Shown: one piece after another, positions 18,629 to 28,226 of the stretch
Position numbering within the stretch: position 1 is the stretch's first letter
Layout of the letters: every line of letters starts with the position of its first letter
Assembly (NCBI GenBank): GCA_021836865.1
Contig: JAKBHH010000004.1
Location: forward strand, 15,700 to 79,699
Direction of reading: 5' to 3'
DNA length: 64,000 bases
Origin: Acidobacteriota bacterium
Lineage (GTDB): Bacteria; Acidobacteriota; Terriglobia; Terriglobales; Acidobacteriaceae
Made by a program: the position numbers and the translations under genes
Notes under the pieces: model-generated
What the model saw: only the letters and a program-made list of their open reading frames with translations
Told to the model about the DNA's origin: nothing
Databases searched by the model: none

Positions 18629-19603
18629 TCAGGCCCATACCGTGACATCGCGCACAGCCTCATCCATGCGCTGCAGTGCTTCGGCGGGCAGCTTCACGCC
18701 TGCCGCCCGCACATTGTCCGCAATCTGTTCCGGCCGCGACGCACCGATGATCGCAGAGGAAACTTCCGGCCGTCGAAGCACCCAGGCCAGAGCCATCTGC
18801 GCCATGGTCAAGTCAAGGTCGGCGGCGATTGGCTTCAGCCGTTCAACCGCAGCCAGCAGGTAGTCTGACCGGTAATGCCGTCCCGCCGTCTCCATAAAGG
18901 CATTCATCTCTTCGCTCGCTGCGCGGCTGCCCGGCGGAGGCGGCAGGCCCGGAGCATACTTCCCGGTCAGCACCCCATGGGCCAGTGGAGAAAACGCCAG
19001 ATTGCCGACCCCATGCCGGGCGCAGACTCCAAACACGCTCGCCTCTGGCCTCCGCCATAGCATGGAGTATTGCGGCTGGCTCGATGAGAACGCCACATAC
19101 TGGCACTCGTCCGTAATCCTGGATGCATTCTCAATTTGCTCCGCCGTCCACTCGCTGAACCCGATGGCCCGAACCTTGCCCGACTTCACCGCCCCGTTCA
19201 GTGCGCACAGCGTCTCCTGCAACGGCGTCTCCGTGTCGTAGCGATGACACTGGTAGAGGTCGATGGTATCCACGCCGAGGCGCTCCAGCGACCGATCCAG
19301 CTGCCTCTCAATCTGCTGGGCCGAGAGCCCGTGGTCCGGCTCATCGCCCACCGGAAAATAGACCTTGGTCGCGATCAGGTAGCGATCCCTCGGCAGACCA
19401 CGCAAAGCCTGCCCAAGCACCCGCTCCGCCTCGCCCGCGCCGTATTGGTTAGCCGTGTCGAAAAGTGTAATTCCGTGGTCCAGCGCAGCGTGGATGCAAC
19501 GAATCGCTGCCTCCCGACCCAAGCCGCCGGCTACCGTCAGCCACGTGCCGAAACTAATTTCCGAGACCTGCAAAGGCCCATTGCCAAGCTGCCGGTATTG
19601 CAT
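18629..19603 (-). CDS. aldo/keto reductase family oxidoreductase
   Basis: Starts 'MQYRQLGNGPLQVSEISFGTW'. Contains 'FDTANQYG' and 'LDRSLERLGVDTIDLYQCHR', which are AKR signatures. ATG at 19603 has a G-rich SD. The longest ORF extends to 19672. Confidence 0.85.
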   Translation of the reverse strand: MQYRQLGNGPLQVSEISFGTWLTVAGGLGREAAIRCIHAALDHGITLFDTANQYGAGEAERVLGQALRGLPRDRYLIATKVYFPVGDEPDHGLSAQQIERQLDRSLERLGVDTIDLYQCHRYDTETPLQETLCALNGAVKSGKVRAIGFSEWTAEQIENASRITDECQYVAFSSSQPQYSMLWRRPEASVFGVCARHGVGNLAFSPLAHGVLTGKYAPGLPPPPGSRAASEEMNAFMETAGRHYRSDYLLAAVERLKPIAADLDLTMAQMALAWVLRRPEVSSAIIGASRPEQIADNVRAAGVKLPAEALQRMDEAVRDVTVWA

Positions 19604-19732
19604 TCTTCCCCCGCTGGAGCCGAGCCTGCGACTCAACCTCCGCCAATTGTCCACAAAAGAAAGACTACGCACTCCGGCAGACGGAATCCCACCAGGCTGC
19701 CTCAGACCCGGACGCTCAGGCCTGAAATCCTC

Positions 19733-20476
19733 TCACCCACCCAACCGCGTCAGCGCCTCCGCCGACTTCAGCTTGCGCTCCAGATGCCTCTCCAGTGCCT
19801 GCAGCGTAAATCGCCGCAGATCCTGCCCGCGCCGCCGGTTCCACTCCTCCGCAGCAAACGCAGCCACCGGAGCCCTCAGCATTCGCTGCGCCAGTTGCCA
19901 GGAGTCGGCGCAAAGCTCGCAGGCGTTGCCTCCGCGGTGCAGCGCGCAAAACAATCCGTCACCATGGCTGCTGAATGCAACCTCGGCAGCATGCAAGGCC
20001 TCGCCGCACGCCGTGCAATGCGCAATGTCCGGCAGCAGGCCCATCAACCGCGTCATCCAGAGCTGGAAGTAGGTCAGCGGCATCCAGGGCTGGACCACTG
20101 TCGTTTGTTCCAGTACAGAGATCAGCAGCCGGAAGACCGTTGCCTGCGGATCGTGATCGGGCAATGCCTCATCCAGCAGTTCGGCAAAAAAACTGAGCAC
20201 GCTCAGACGCGCCGAATCCACCGGCTCCGCAAGCGGCGAGCGCACAATCTCCAGTTGATCCAGCCGGACAAGTTCCTGCCGGGGTCGCTCCGCAAACCAG
20301 GCCTGCGCCACTGTCATCGGCTCCAACGCGCCGCCAAAGCGTCTGCGGCTCTTCAGCGCAGATTTGGCCACCCCGCGCACCTTGCCGTAATCCCGCGTGA
20401 AGAGGCTCACGATCAGGTCGGCTTCATGCACCGGCCAGGTACGCAGTATCACGGCCTCTGAGGTGAGCACGCCCAT
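19733..20476 (-). CDS. recO: DNA repair protein RecO
   Basis: N-terminal OB-fold region 'EAVILRTWPVHEADLIVSLFTRDYGKVRGVAKS...RRFGGALEP', plus a C-terminal Cys cluster ('CTACGE...CALH'), typical of RecO. Confidence 0.85.
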   Translation of the reverse strand: MGVLTSEAVILRTWPVHEADLIVSLFTRDYGKVRGVAKSALKSRRRFGGALEPMTVAQAWFAERPRQELVRLDQLEIVRSPLAEPVDSARLSVLSFFAELLDEALPDHDPQATVFRLLISVLEQTTVVQPWMPLTYFQLWMTRLMGLLPDIAHCTACGEALHAAEVAFSSHGDGLFCALHRGGNACELCADSWQLAQRMLRAPVAAFAAEEWNRRRGQDLRRFTLQALERHLERKLKSAEALTRLGG

Positions 20477-20537
20477 GCGATTCCATCATTGCATGGCGAG
20501 TAGCCCGCAACCGCCCATCTGCGTAAAAACACGAACA

Positions 20538-20560
20538 CGCATGCCGCTGAGCGGCATGCG
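20538..20560 (-). terminator. hairpin downstream of the ferredoxin gene
   Basis: Perfect 10-bp stem CGCATGCCGC-TGA-GCGGCATGCG. On the minus strand it is followed by GTGTTCGTGTTTTTAC (T-rich, not immediately adjacent). Confidence 0.45.
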
Positions 20561-20608
20561 CGTCCCTGAGAAAACTTGAGGAGAACCGAAACCGAATCCG
20601 CGGTCCGT

Positions 20609-20869
20609 CTAGCGGCCGTAGTGTGCAGCGTTCTTCTCCGTAAAGTGAGCCCACTTCTCCGGCAGGTCATCCTGCGCGAAAATCGCCGAAACCGGGCAGG
20701 CCGGGACACAGGCGCCGCAGTCGATGCACTCGACAGGATCGATGAACAGCTGATCGGCCTCCGCGTGGCCGGCCTCGTCCTTCTTGGGGTGGATGCAATC
20801 GACAGGACAAGCGTCTACGCAGGCGGTGTCCTTGGTGCCGATACAGGGTTCTGCAATTACGTATGCCAT
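20609..20869 (-). CDS. fdxA: 7Fe-type ferredoxin (3Fe-4S/4Fe-4S)
   Basis: Starts 'MAYVIAEPCIGTKDTACVDACPVDCI' and contains 'CIDCGACVPACP'. GGAGA SD. ATG at 20869 chosen inside the longer ORF. Confidence 0.85.
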   Translation of the reverse strand: MAYVIAEPCIGTKDTACVDACPVDCIHPKKDEAGHAEADQLFIDPVECIDCGACVPACPVSAIFAQDDLPEKWAHFTEKNAAHYGR

Positions 20870-21004
20870 CTGCTTATTTCTCCGAGGAGGGTGAACCTTC
20901 GACGCTGATAGTAGCACACGAGGCCGCAGGCTGACTTTTCGCCGATCACCCGTGTTTTGCGATGCGGGAATCGAAAACTGCACAGCCCCACCGGCGCTCT
21001 CGCA

Positions 21005-21901
21005 TCACCGGCCCGCCGCTGCCCGGCTAGCCGCCCACTCCGCGGGCGTGGGAATGGGACTGAGGTTGCGTCCCGCGAACATATCGTCAAAAAAGCCCAG
21101 CAGCTCGGCGTGAATCAGCCCGTTCGAGGCCAGAATCTCCCGGCTCTCCAGGCGGTAATGCCGGCCTGCAAAGTCCGTCACCCGCCCGCCTGCTTCCTCC
21201 ACCAGCAAGATGCCCGCCGCGGTGTCCCACGGGTTCAGGTTGAACTCCCAGAAGGCATCCATGCGCCCCGCAGCCACATAGGCCAGGTCCAGCGCAGCAG
21301 AGCCGGCCCTTCGCACGCCATGCGACCGCAGCGTGAATTCCTGATAAAAGTGTATGTTCGGGCTAGCGTGCCGCTTCCGGCTTGGAAAGCCTGTAGCTAC
21401 CAGCGCCTCGGCCAGTTCCGGAATGCCGGAAACCCGCAGCGGCTTGCCGTTCAACAGTGCGCCGCGTCCGCGCTCTGCCGTAAAGATCTCGTCGCGAAGC
21501 GGGTCATAGATAAGCGCCGCAACCAGCGTACCGTCCTCGTCCGGCTTCAGGGTCGCGGGACGCTGCTCCAGCCCCATCGAAACGCAGAACTGCGGAAAGC
21601 CGTGGGCAAAGTTGGTCGTCCCGTCCAGCGGATCCACATACCAGCGGAACTCCTGCTCCATTCGCTCGCGAGTGCCCTCCTCGCCATAGATGCCGTGCTC
21701 AGGAAAGATCGCGCCGAGCCGCTCGCGAATCAGCTTCTCCACCGTGCGGTCGGCCACCGTCACCAGGTCTACGTCGCCCTTGTACTCGGTCTCCACGCCC
21801 TGGGCAAAGAACTCGCGCAGCCGCGCCCCTGCTTCGCGCACAATGCTGGCAGCCTTGGGCACCCACACGAACTCATGCGCAGTCCGGCCCGCTCCGCTCA
21901 C
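21005..21901 (-). CDS. suhB: inositol monophosphatase family protein (SuhB-like)
   Basis: Contains the 'VTVADRTVE', 'GEEG', 'WYVDPLDGTTNF' and 'WDTAAG' metal-binding motifs. The GTG start overlaps the stop of the upstream Hfq-like gene (GTGA). Confidence 0.85.
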   Translation of the reverse strand: MSGAGRTAHEFVWVPKAASIVREAGARLREFFAQGVETEYKGDVDLVTVADRTVEKLIRERLGAIFPEHGIYGEEGTRERMEQEFRWYVDPLDGTTNFAHGFPQFCVSMGLEQRPATLKPDEDGTLVAALIYDPLRDEIFTAERGRGALLNGKPLRVSGIPELAEALVATGFPSRKRHASPNIHFYQEFTLRSHGVRRAGSAALDLAYVAAGRMDAFWEFNLNPWDTAAGILLVEEAGGRVTDFAGRHYRLESREILASNGLIHAELLGFFDDMFAGRNLSPIPTPAEWAASRAAAGR

Positions 21902-22200
21902 AAGCCCGCCTCGCTCGTCGTCGCGTTGCGCACCGTCCGCGCTGAACGCTTTCCCGCGACTTCTGAGATGGTCTGAATCTGGTGTTTGTAAATGAACAGG
22001 TTTGGCTTTCCCTCGCGCGTCAGCCGCAACATGCCGTCGTCAAAATACTCGATCCAGCCGCGCACGGTCTCGCCATCGTGCAGCTTGATGGCGACGTTGA
22101 TCTGCCGGTCACTGAGGGAGCGCAGGTAAAGCGCTTCCTGCCCGGTATCGCCGGGCGGAGGTGTCTTTTGGCGGTGGTGCGATGAGCCCAGGGGAGTCAT
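21898..22200 (-). CDS. Hfq-like Sm-fold RNA-binding protein
   Basis: 'ALYLRSLSDRQINVAIKLHDGETVRGWIEYFDDGMLRLTREGKPNLFIYKHQIQTI' parallels the Hfq Sm1/Sm2 layout (compare '[21 protein letters not shown]...VYKHAISTV'). ATG at 22200 chosen. The longest ORF extends to 22263. Confidence 0.5.
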   Translation of the reverse strand: MTPLGSSHHRQKTPPPGDTGQEALYLRSLSDRQINVAIKLHDGETVRGWIEYFDDGMLRLTREGKPNLFIYKHQIQTISEVAGKRSARTVRNATTSEAGL

Positions 22201-22275
22201 ATGCCTATTGTAGATGCAGATTCCACGCCGCCCTGCTGCATCAAGACGCATTCTGCGCCGCATGCAGTGGTGCAG

Positions 22276-23208
22276 CTATCGGCGGCGCGCTGGCGTGTCT
22301 GCGTAATAGCCGGTGCGATAGCGGATGTGATAGGCATCGACCGCCGCCCGCGGAATGGTCACGCGGATGCGATGAAAATCCGTGCCCGGCTCCTGGTTCT
22401 GCGGATAATAGCCCAGCACGTATTGTGTACGCAGGTCTTCGCTCACCTGTGCAAAGGCCGTGTCCAGCCCGCCGTGGTCGGCATAAAAGCTTTTGCCGCC
22501 GGTCTGCTCGGCCAGCGTAATCAGCGCATGTTCTCCACCCGTGTCACGTCCGGCGCTGGCCTCGATCGGCACATCGATAATGCTGTAGATCATCGCTTCA
22601 TTGCGCAGCGCCTGCTCCAGCGCCTGGGCGTAGGTGGTGCTTTTGGCCGTGTCACCGCCGTCTGAGACCAGCACCAGCACCTTGCGCCCCTGCCGCGTCC
22701 CCAGCCTCTGTGAGGCCAGATAGATCGCATCGTAGAGCGCCGTCGCGTCGCCGCCGCGCAGGCTGTCCAGGCCGTGGTCGATCAACTTCAGCTGGTTCGT
22801 GAAGCCCGTCCGCTCCGTTACGTAAGTGGCAAACTCAATCACGCTCATCTGGTCCTGCGGCCGCAGCAGCGCCCGCGCAAATCGCTTCGCCGCGTCGCGC
22901 TCCACGTCGCGGTCCTTGTAGACGCTGCCGCTGGTGTCAACGGCAAGCGTGATGTTCAGCGGCATCTCCGATTCGCGCTCAAAGAGCGAGATCTTTTGCG
23001 GGCGTCCATCTTCATAGAGCGCAAAGTCATCCCGCGTCAGTCCTCCCACAATCGCGCCGTTCTGGTCCGTCACATTCACAAAAACATTCACGAGCTGCAC
23101 GTTCATGCGGAAGGTCACATCCTGGGCGGAGCCCTGCATAGCCGCGCAAGTCAGCAGTCCCGCCAGCATCAGCCCTGCGCGAACGCTCTCAGCCTTACTA
23201 CGGAGCAT
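22276..23208 (-). CDS. secreted VWA-domain protein (acidobacterial VWFA-related type)
   Basis: Signal peptide 'MLRSKAESVRAGLMLAGLLTCAAMQGSAQ'. Contains 'FALYEDGRPQKI', the MIDAS-like 'AVDTSGS', 'TALYDAI' and 'LVSDGGDT', with a C-terminal 'FHRIRV...YR.GYY'. The start is uncertain, with in-frame starts at 23250 and 23274. Confidence 0.75.
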   Translation of the reverse strand: MLRSKAESVRAGLMLAGLLTCAAMQGSAQDVTFRMNVQLVNVFVNVTDQNGAIVGGLTRDDFALYEDGRPQKISLFERESEMPLNITLAVDTSGSVYKDRDVERDAAKRFARALLRPQDQMSVIEFATYVTERTGFTNQLKLIDHGLDSLRGGDATALYDAIYLASQRLGTRQGRKVLVLVSDGGDTAKSTTYAQALEQALRNEAMIYSIIDVPIEASAGRDTGGEHALITLAEQTGGKSFYADHGGLDTAFAQVSEDLRTQYVLGYYPQNQEPGTDFHRIRVTIPRAAVDAYHIRYRTGYYADTPARRR

Positions 23209-23938
23209 CCGCAGCCTCCAACCCCAACCCCGCAGGAAACGGCTCGCCATCGGCCCAAACCGCGCCGTCCGCAAAGGTCTCCTTCTTCCAGATGGGCACC
23301 GTCTTCTTCAGCGTGTCGATAATCCACCGGCAGGCATCGAAAGCCTGCGCACGATGCGCCGAGGCCACCACAATCAGCACGCTGGTCTCGCCAATCGCAA
23401 GCCGTCCCAGCCGATGCACGATTGCCACATGGCGAACGCCGAAGCGGCTCCGCGCCTCACGCCCCAGCGCGTCCATCTGTTTTGCGGCCATCTCTTCATA
23501 GGCTTCGTAATCCAGATGCAGCGTCCGGCGCCCGCGCGAGTGATTCCGCACAATGCCGTCAAACGCCACAACCGCGCCATCTTCCCCGCGCTTGGCAGCG
23601 GCGACAAGCCCGTCGGCGTCAATGGCGTCGCGGGTCAGCGCAATGTGCAGAATCTCCGTCTCCGCGCGCTCATCGGCGACGTCGCCTGTCGGCTCACTGC
23701 CGCCGGAAACAGGCGGCAGGAGCCCCACTTCGTCGCTCGCGCTCAACACCTGCGAAGCCGTGGCATACTCCGCGTTGACGCTCACCGCAATCCCCTGCAG
23801 CATCGCCCCCGGATACTGCCCGCCCAGCCGCGCCAGCAGGTCGGCCACCGTCGCCCCTTCCGGCAGCTCAATCGGCAGCGCCTTCGGGCCTATCGCATCT
23901 TTCAGCACGCCAAAGGCGAGCACACGCACATGAATCAT
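23198..23938 (-). CDS. MoaD-MoaE fusion protein (molybdopterin synthase small plus large subunit)
   Basis: The N-terminal ~85 aa are MoaD-like, ending in 'PPVSGGS' (the diglycine). The C-terminal half is MoaE-like ('GAVVAFDGIVRN', 'LEYEAY'-type 'LDYEAYEEMA', 'VAIVHRLGRLAIGE', 'IWKKE'). Start is ATG 23938 or ATG 23950. Confidence 0.8.
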   Translation of the reverse strand: MIHVRVLAFGVLKDAIGPKALPIELPEGATVADLLARLGGQYPGAMLQGIAVSVNAEYATASQVLSASDEVGLLPPVSGGSEPTGDVADERAETEILHIALTRDAIDADGLVAAAKRGEDGAVVAFDGIVRNHSRGRRTLHLDYEAYEEMAAKQMDALGREARSRFGVRHVAIVHRLGRLAIGETSVLIVVASAHRAQAFDACRWIIDTLKKTVPIWKKETFADGAVWADGEPFPAGLGLEAADAP

Positions 23939-24081
23939 AAGAGAAAGCATACCGCCTGCTGTGGTTTAGACGCCGCCTGCAGGATTCCGTGGACGAAACC
24001 TGCGGCCGAATCCGCGCCACACCCTGAGCCAGGAAAGGCCGGCAGGTTCGCCGGCCTTCCTTGTCTGGTCTTTGCGCGCCC

Positions 24082-26514
24082 TTACGAAACAGAGTGTCCC
24101 TTAAGGTCGCCCTCCGCAGGCTGTGTATCCGGCCGCGCCTTCAGCAGTGGCAGAGCCACGGCCAGCACATCTTCAATCCGGCTGGCGTAGTGGACGGTCA
24201 CGCCCTCCATCAACTCCGGCGTCAGGTCCTCTTCCACGTCCTGGCGGTTCTCCGCGGGCAGAATGATGGTCTCCACTCCGGCCCGCCGTGCAGCCAGGAA
24301 CTTCTCCTTGATGCCGCCCACCGGCAGCACATTGCCGCTCAGCGTAATCTCGCCTGTCATGGCCGTCAGCGGCCGTACCGGCGTGTCGGTCAGCAGCGAA
24401 GCAAGCACCGTCGCCATCGTTACTCCGGCCGACGGCCCATCCTTCGGAATCGCGCCCGCCGGCACATGAATGTGCAGGTCGATCTCCTTGGTGAAGTCCT
24501 CGGCCAGCCCCAGCGACGCTGCGTTGGAGCGCACCCAGGTCAGCGCGGCCTGCATCGACTCCTGCATCACCTCACCAATCTGCCCGGTCATCGTAAAGCC
24601 GCCTTTGCCCTTCATCTTGTTGGCCTCGATAAAGAGAATGTCACCGCCGGCCGGCGTCCAGGCCAGCCCCACAGCCACGCCCGGTCGCTTCACGCGCTCC
24701 GCCACCTCGGTATCCACACGTACCTGGATGCCGCCCAGGAACTCCTTGAGAACTTCGCGCGTAACCGTGAGCTTTTCCTTCTTGCCCTCCACTACGCGCC
24801 GCGCCTGCTTGCGGCAGACCGTACCAATCGTCTGCTCCAGTTTGCGTACCCCGGCCTCGCGCGTGTAGTGGCGCACGATATGCCGCACAGCCTCCTCCGG
24901 AAATTCGACCTGCTCCGTGGTAATCCCGTTCTCCTCGATCTGCCGCGGAATCAGATAACGATTGGCGATGTGCAGCTTCTCCTCTTCGCTGTAGCCCTGC
25001 AGAGGAATAAGCTCCATCCTGTCCAGCAGCGGCGGCGGCACCGGGTCCAGCATGTTCGCCGTGCAGATGAACAGCACCTTCGAGAGATCGAACGGCACAT
25101 CCAGATAGTTGTCGCGGAAGCTGTTGTTCTGCGCCGGATCCAGCGTTTCCAGCAGCGCCGATGCAGGGTCGCCGCGAAAATCCCGGCCCAGTTTGTCCAC
25201 CTCGTCCAGCATGATCACCGGATCGTTCGTCTCCGCACGCCGAATGCTCTGGATGATCTGCCCCGGCAGCGCGCCGATGTAAGTCCGGCGATGGCCGCGT
25301 ATCTCCGCCTCGTCATGCATGCCGCCCAGTGAGATGCGCTGGAACTTCCGCCCCAGTGCGCGGGCAATCGACTTGCCCAGGCTGGTCTTGCCCACCCCAG
25401 GAGGCCCCACAAAGCAGAGTATCGGCCCCTTCATGTCCGGCTTCAGCTCCAGGACACTCAGATAATCCAGAATGCGCTCCTTCACCTTTTTCAGCCCGTA
25501 GTGGTCCTCGTCCAGAATCTCGCCGGCCTTCACGGTATCCACCTTGGTACCCGAACTCTTGGCCCACGGCAGCACCGCCAGCCATTCAATATAATTGCGC
25601 GTCAGCGAGTAGTCGGCCGCCATGGGAGACATCCGCGACAGACGCGAAAGCTCCTTCATCGCCTCCTTCTTCACATCCTCGGGCATCCCGGCGGCGTCAA
25701 TCTTTTCGCGCAGATCGTCCACCTCTCGCTGGCCCTCGTCCTGCTCTCCCAGCTCCTTCTGGATAGCCTTCATCTGCTCGCGCAGGTAGTAGTCGCGCTG
25801 CGACTGCTGCACCTGGTCCTGTACCTCGTTCTGGATCTTGTTGCGCAGTTGCTGGACCTCAATCTCCTTGGCCAGCAGCTTGTTCATCTGCTCCAACCGG
25901 TCCAGCACGCTCGGCGTCTCCAGCAGTTGCTGCTTGTCGTCCGTGGTTAGAAACGGCAGCGAGGACGCCACAAAATCCACCAGACGGCTCGGCTCATCAA
26001 TATTCACCGCAATGGTCTGCAGCTCATCTGAAAGCGTCGGCGATTCGGAGACAATCTGCTGGAACTGGCTCACGACGTTACGCACCAGCGCTTCCACGCT
26101 GGCCGTCGAATCCGGCTCCGCCTCCTGCAACTCCTCCACCTCGGCCACCATGAACGGCTCCGTCTGCACAAAACGCACCAGACGCACCCGTTCCACACCT
26201 TCCGTAAAGACAAAGCGGCTCTGGTTCGGCATCCGGACAACCTTGTGTACGGTCGCCAGCGTTCCCACCGTATGCAGGTCCGCAGGCTTGGGAGCGTCCA
26301 GCCGCGCGTCCAGTTGCGCCGCCACCACGATCGACCGTTCATCGCCCAGCGCCTCGATCAGTTGAATCGAGCTCTCGCGGCCAACCGTCAGCGGCAGAAC
26401 AGCATGGGGGAAAAGAACCGTGTCGCGCACTGGCAACACGGAGACCAGACGCACCCCGCTTTGACTGGCATTGGAGGCATCTACAGGGGGCAGAATTGAA
26501 GGCTGATTCGACAT
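24082..26514 (-). CDS. lon: ATP-dependent Lon protease (endopeptidase La)
   Basis: LON N-domain, Walker A 'GPPGVGKTS', catalytic 'PKDGPSAGV' Ser and 'GGIKEK' Lys. ATG at 26514 has GGGAGA SD. A TTG at 26532 is the longest-ORF start. Confidence 0.95.
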   Translation of the reverse strand: MSNQPSILPPVDASNASQSGVRLVSVLPVRDTVLFPHAVLPLTVGRESSIQLIEALGDERSIVVAAQLDARLDAPKPADLHTVGTLATVHKVVRMPNQSRFVFTEGVERVRLVRFVQTEPFMVAEVEELQEAEPDSTASVEALVRNVVSQFQQIVSESPTLSDELQTIAVNIDEPSRLVDFVASSLPFLTTDDKQQLLETPSVLDRLEQMNKLLAKEIEVQQLRNKIQNEVQDQVQQSQRDYYLREQMKAIQKELGEQDEGQREVDDLREKIDAAGMPEDVKKEAMKELSRLSRMSPMAADYSLTRNYIEWLAVLPWAKSSGTKVDTVKAGEILDEDHYGLKKVKERILDYLSVLELKPDMKGPILCFVGPPGVGKTSLGKSIARALGRKFQRISLGGMHDEAEIRGHRRTYIGALPGQIIQSIRRAETNDPVIMLDEVDKLGRDFRGDPASALLETLDPAQNNSFRDNYLDVPFDLSKVLFICTANMLDPVPPPLLDRMELIPLQGYSEEEKLHIANRYLIPRQIEENGITTEQVEFPEEAVRHIVRHYTREAGVRKLEQTIGTVCRKQARRVVEGKKEKLTVTREVLKEFLGGIQVRVDTEVAERVKRPGVAVGLAWTPAGGDILFIEANKMKGKGGFTMTGQIGEVMQESMQAALTWVRSNAASLGLAEDFTKEIDLHIHVPAGAIPKDGPSAGVTMATVLASLLTDTPVRPLTAMTGEITLSGNVLPVGGIKEKFLAARRAGVETIILPAENRQDVEEDLTPELMEGVTVHYASRIEDVLAVALPLLKARPDTQPAEGDLKGHSVS

Positions 26515-27017
26515 TGAGTCTCCCGTTGTCAACTTATCTTCATTAGACCACGCAGAACTCGAAAAGTTTCAGGGATTCTCGCACCCCAGCGCCTCGCTCC
26601 CCATCCGATTCGCTCGTCGCTGTGGGTACGGAGTCGCCGCTTTCCCAGTTCCCGCCCATCCCGCTCCAGCAAGGGTCGTCTCCGCCGGTTGCCACGCCTC
26701 AACGCAACGGCAACATCTGCCTGTGCCCCGGTAGAATTATCGACAAAAAGAGGCAGAGGGTGAGGGGGGAACGGCCCGGTTCGCTCCGACCTCCTCTCCG
26801 GCCGCAGCACATCCCTGGACAAAGGGCCCCTCCTTTGAGCACCTGACCAGCCGTGGACTCCCCTACCCTCGCAGTCGGCATAGCGACAGCACTCATCCAT
26901 CCCCGCATCGTTGAACGTTGACAGGTCACCGCACGTCTGTTCTGCTGTTGGGCTGTTACTCTTGGACAAAGCAGCGCAAACGGAGCGGTTGCGGCCCGCG
27001 GGCACAGGAAGTTTCCC

Positions 27018-28220
27018 ATGGCAGAGTTCGTCATCAAGCTGGCCGATGAGCGCGGCCGCGTCCAGGAGCAGGTACAGACGGCGGCGACCGCCGACGAGCT
27101 GCGCGCGCGCTTCACTCAGGCCGGCTACCACGTCTTTTCCGTCAGCGCACGCAGCGGAGTGCCGCTTTTCTCCCGCCGCAAGGTCCGGCTGGAACCTTTT
27201 CTGATCTTCAATCAGCAGTTCCTTACTCTGGTGCGCGCCGGCCTGCCCATCCTGGGCTCCTTGCACATGCTCGCCAATATTCAAAAGGACCCGCACTTCG
27301 CCAGCCAGTTGAACGATGTGGCCAATCGCGTCAAGACCGGCGAGTCGCTGTCCTCGGCCTTCGAAGCGCAGAGCGGCATCCCGTCCATCTACACCACCAC
27401 GTTGCTCGCTGGCGAGCGCTCCGGCAATCTGCAGGAGGTATTGGAGCGTTACGTAAGCTTTCAGCGCGTCTCGCTCACCTTCCGTAAAAAACTGACGGCC
27501 TCGCTCATCTACCCGTCGCTTCTGCTTTTCCTGGTCAGCGGCCTCATGGTCTTCATGTTCACCGTGGTCATTCCGCAGTTTGCCGAGCTCTATGACCAGA
27601 TGGGCTCGCAACTACCGGCCATGACGATTGGCCTGCTCACCTTTGGCAAGTGGACGCAGCACAACATTCTCTGGATCCTCGCCGTGTTGCTGATCGGCGG
27701 TTTCGGCAGTTACCGATTCTCTATCACCGAGCGCGGCCGCGACTTTGTGGATGGCGTTCGCGTGGGCCTGCCCATCTTCGGCAAGATCTGGCTCAAGTAC
27801 CAGGTGGCGCTGTTCTCACGCACCCTCTCCACGCTGCTTGCCGGTGGCCTGCCGCTGGTTCCGTCGCTCGACACAGCCGCCCGTTCCATCTCCTCGCGCA
27901 GGGTCTCGCAAGCCGTGATGTCGTCCATCACGACCGTGCGCGAAGGCAAGAGCCTGGCCGACTCGCTCAGCGAAACCAAGGTGATCCCCGATCTCGCCAC
28001 CGAGATGATCTCCGTGGGAGAGCAGACCGGCGCCTTGCCGCAGATGCTGAACTCGGTAGCCGAGTTCTTTGAGGAAGATGTTGCGACAGCGCTCACCGCG
28101 GCGCTGGCGCTGATTGAGCCGGCTATCCTTATTGTCATGGGGGTTGTCGTAGTATTCATTCTGATCTCGCTGTATCTGCCCATCTTTTCGCTCGGGCAGG
28201 TTTCCGGCGCACAGGGGTAA
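27018..28220 (+). CDS. pilC: type IV pilus / type II secretion platform protein (PilC/GspF family)
   Basis: 400 aa with two GspF-type repeats ('FNQQFLTLVRAGLPILGSL', 'FSRTLSTLLAGGLPLVPSL') and three TM segments. AGGAAG SD. Confidence 0.85.
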   Translation: MAEFVIKLADERGRVQEQVQTAATADELRARFTQAGYHVFSVSARSGVPLFSRRKVRLEPFLIFNQQFLTLVRAGLPILGSLHMLANIQKDPHFASQLNDVANRVKTGESLSSAFEAQSGIPSIYTTTLLAGERSGNLQEVLERYVSFQRVSLTFRKKLTASLIYPSLLLFLVSGLMVFMFTVVIPQFAELYDQMGSQLPAMTIGLLTFGKWTQHNILWILAVLLIGGFGSYRFSITERGRDFVDGVRVGLPIFGKIWLKYQVALFSRTLSTLLAGGLPLVPSLDTAARSISSRRVSQAVMSSITTVREGKSLADSLSETKVIPDLATEMISVGEQTGALPQMLNSVAEFFEEDVATALTAALALIEPAILIVMGVVVVFILISLYLPIFSLGQVSGAQG

Positions 28221-28226
28221 AAGACG

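Noticed and set aside
26529-27611. 360-aa minus-strand ORF spanning the lon/pilC spacer and the 5' half of pilC
   Set aside because: It overlaps the strongly supported pilC on the opposite strand. It has no SD or domain signal, and its composition is typical of antisense frames.
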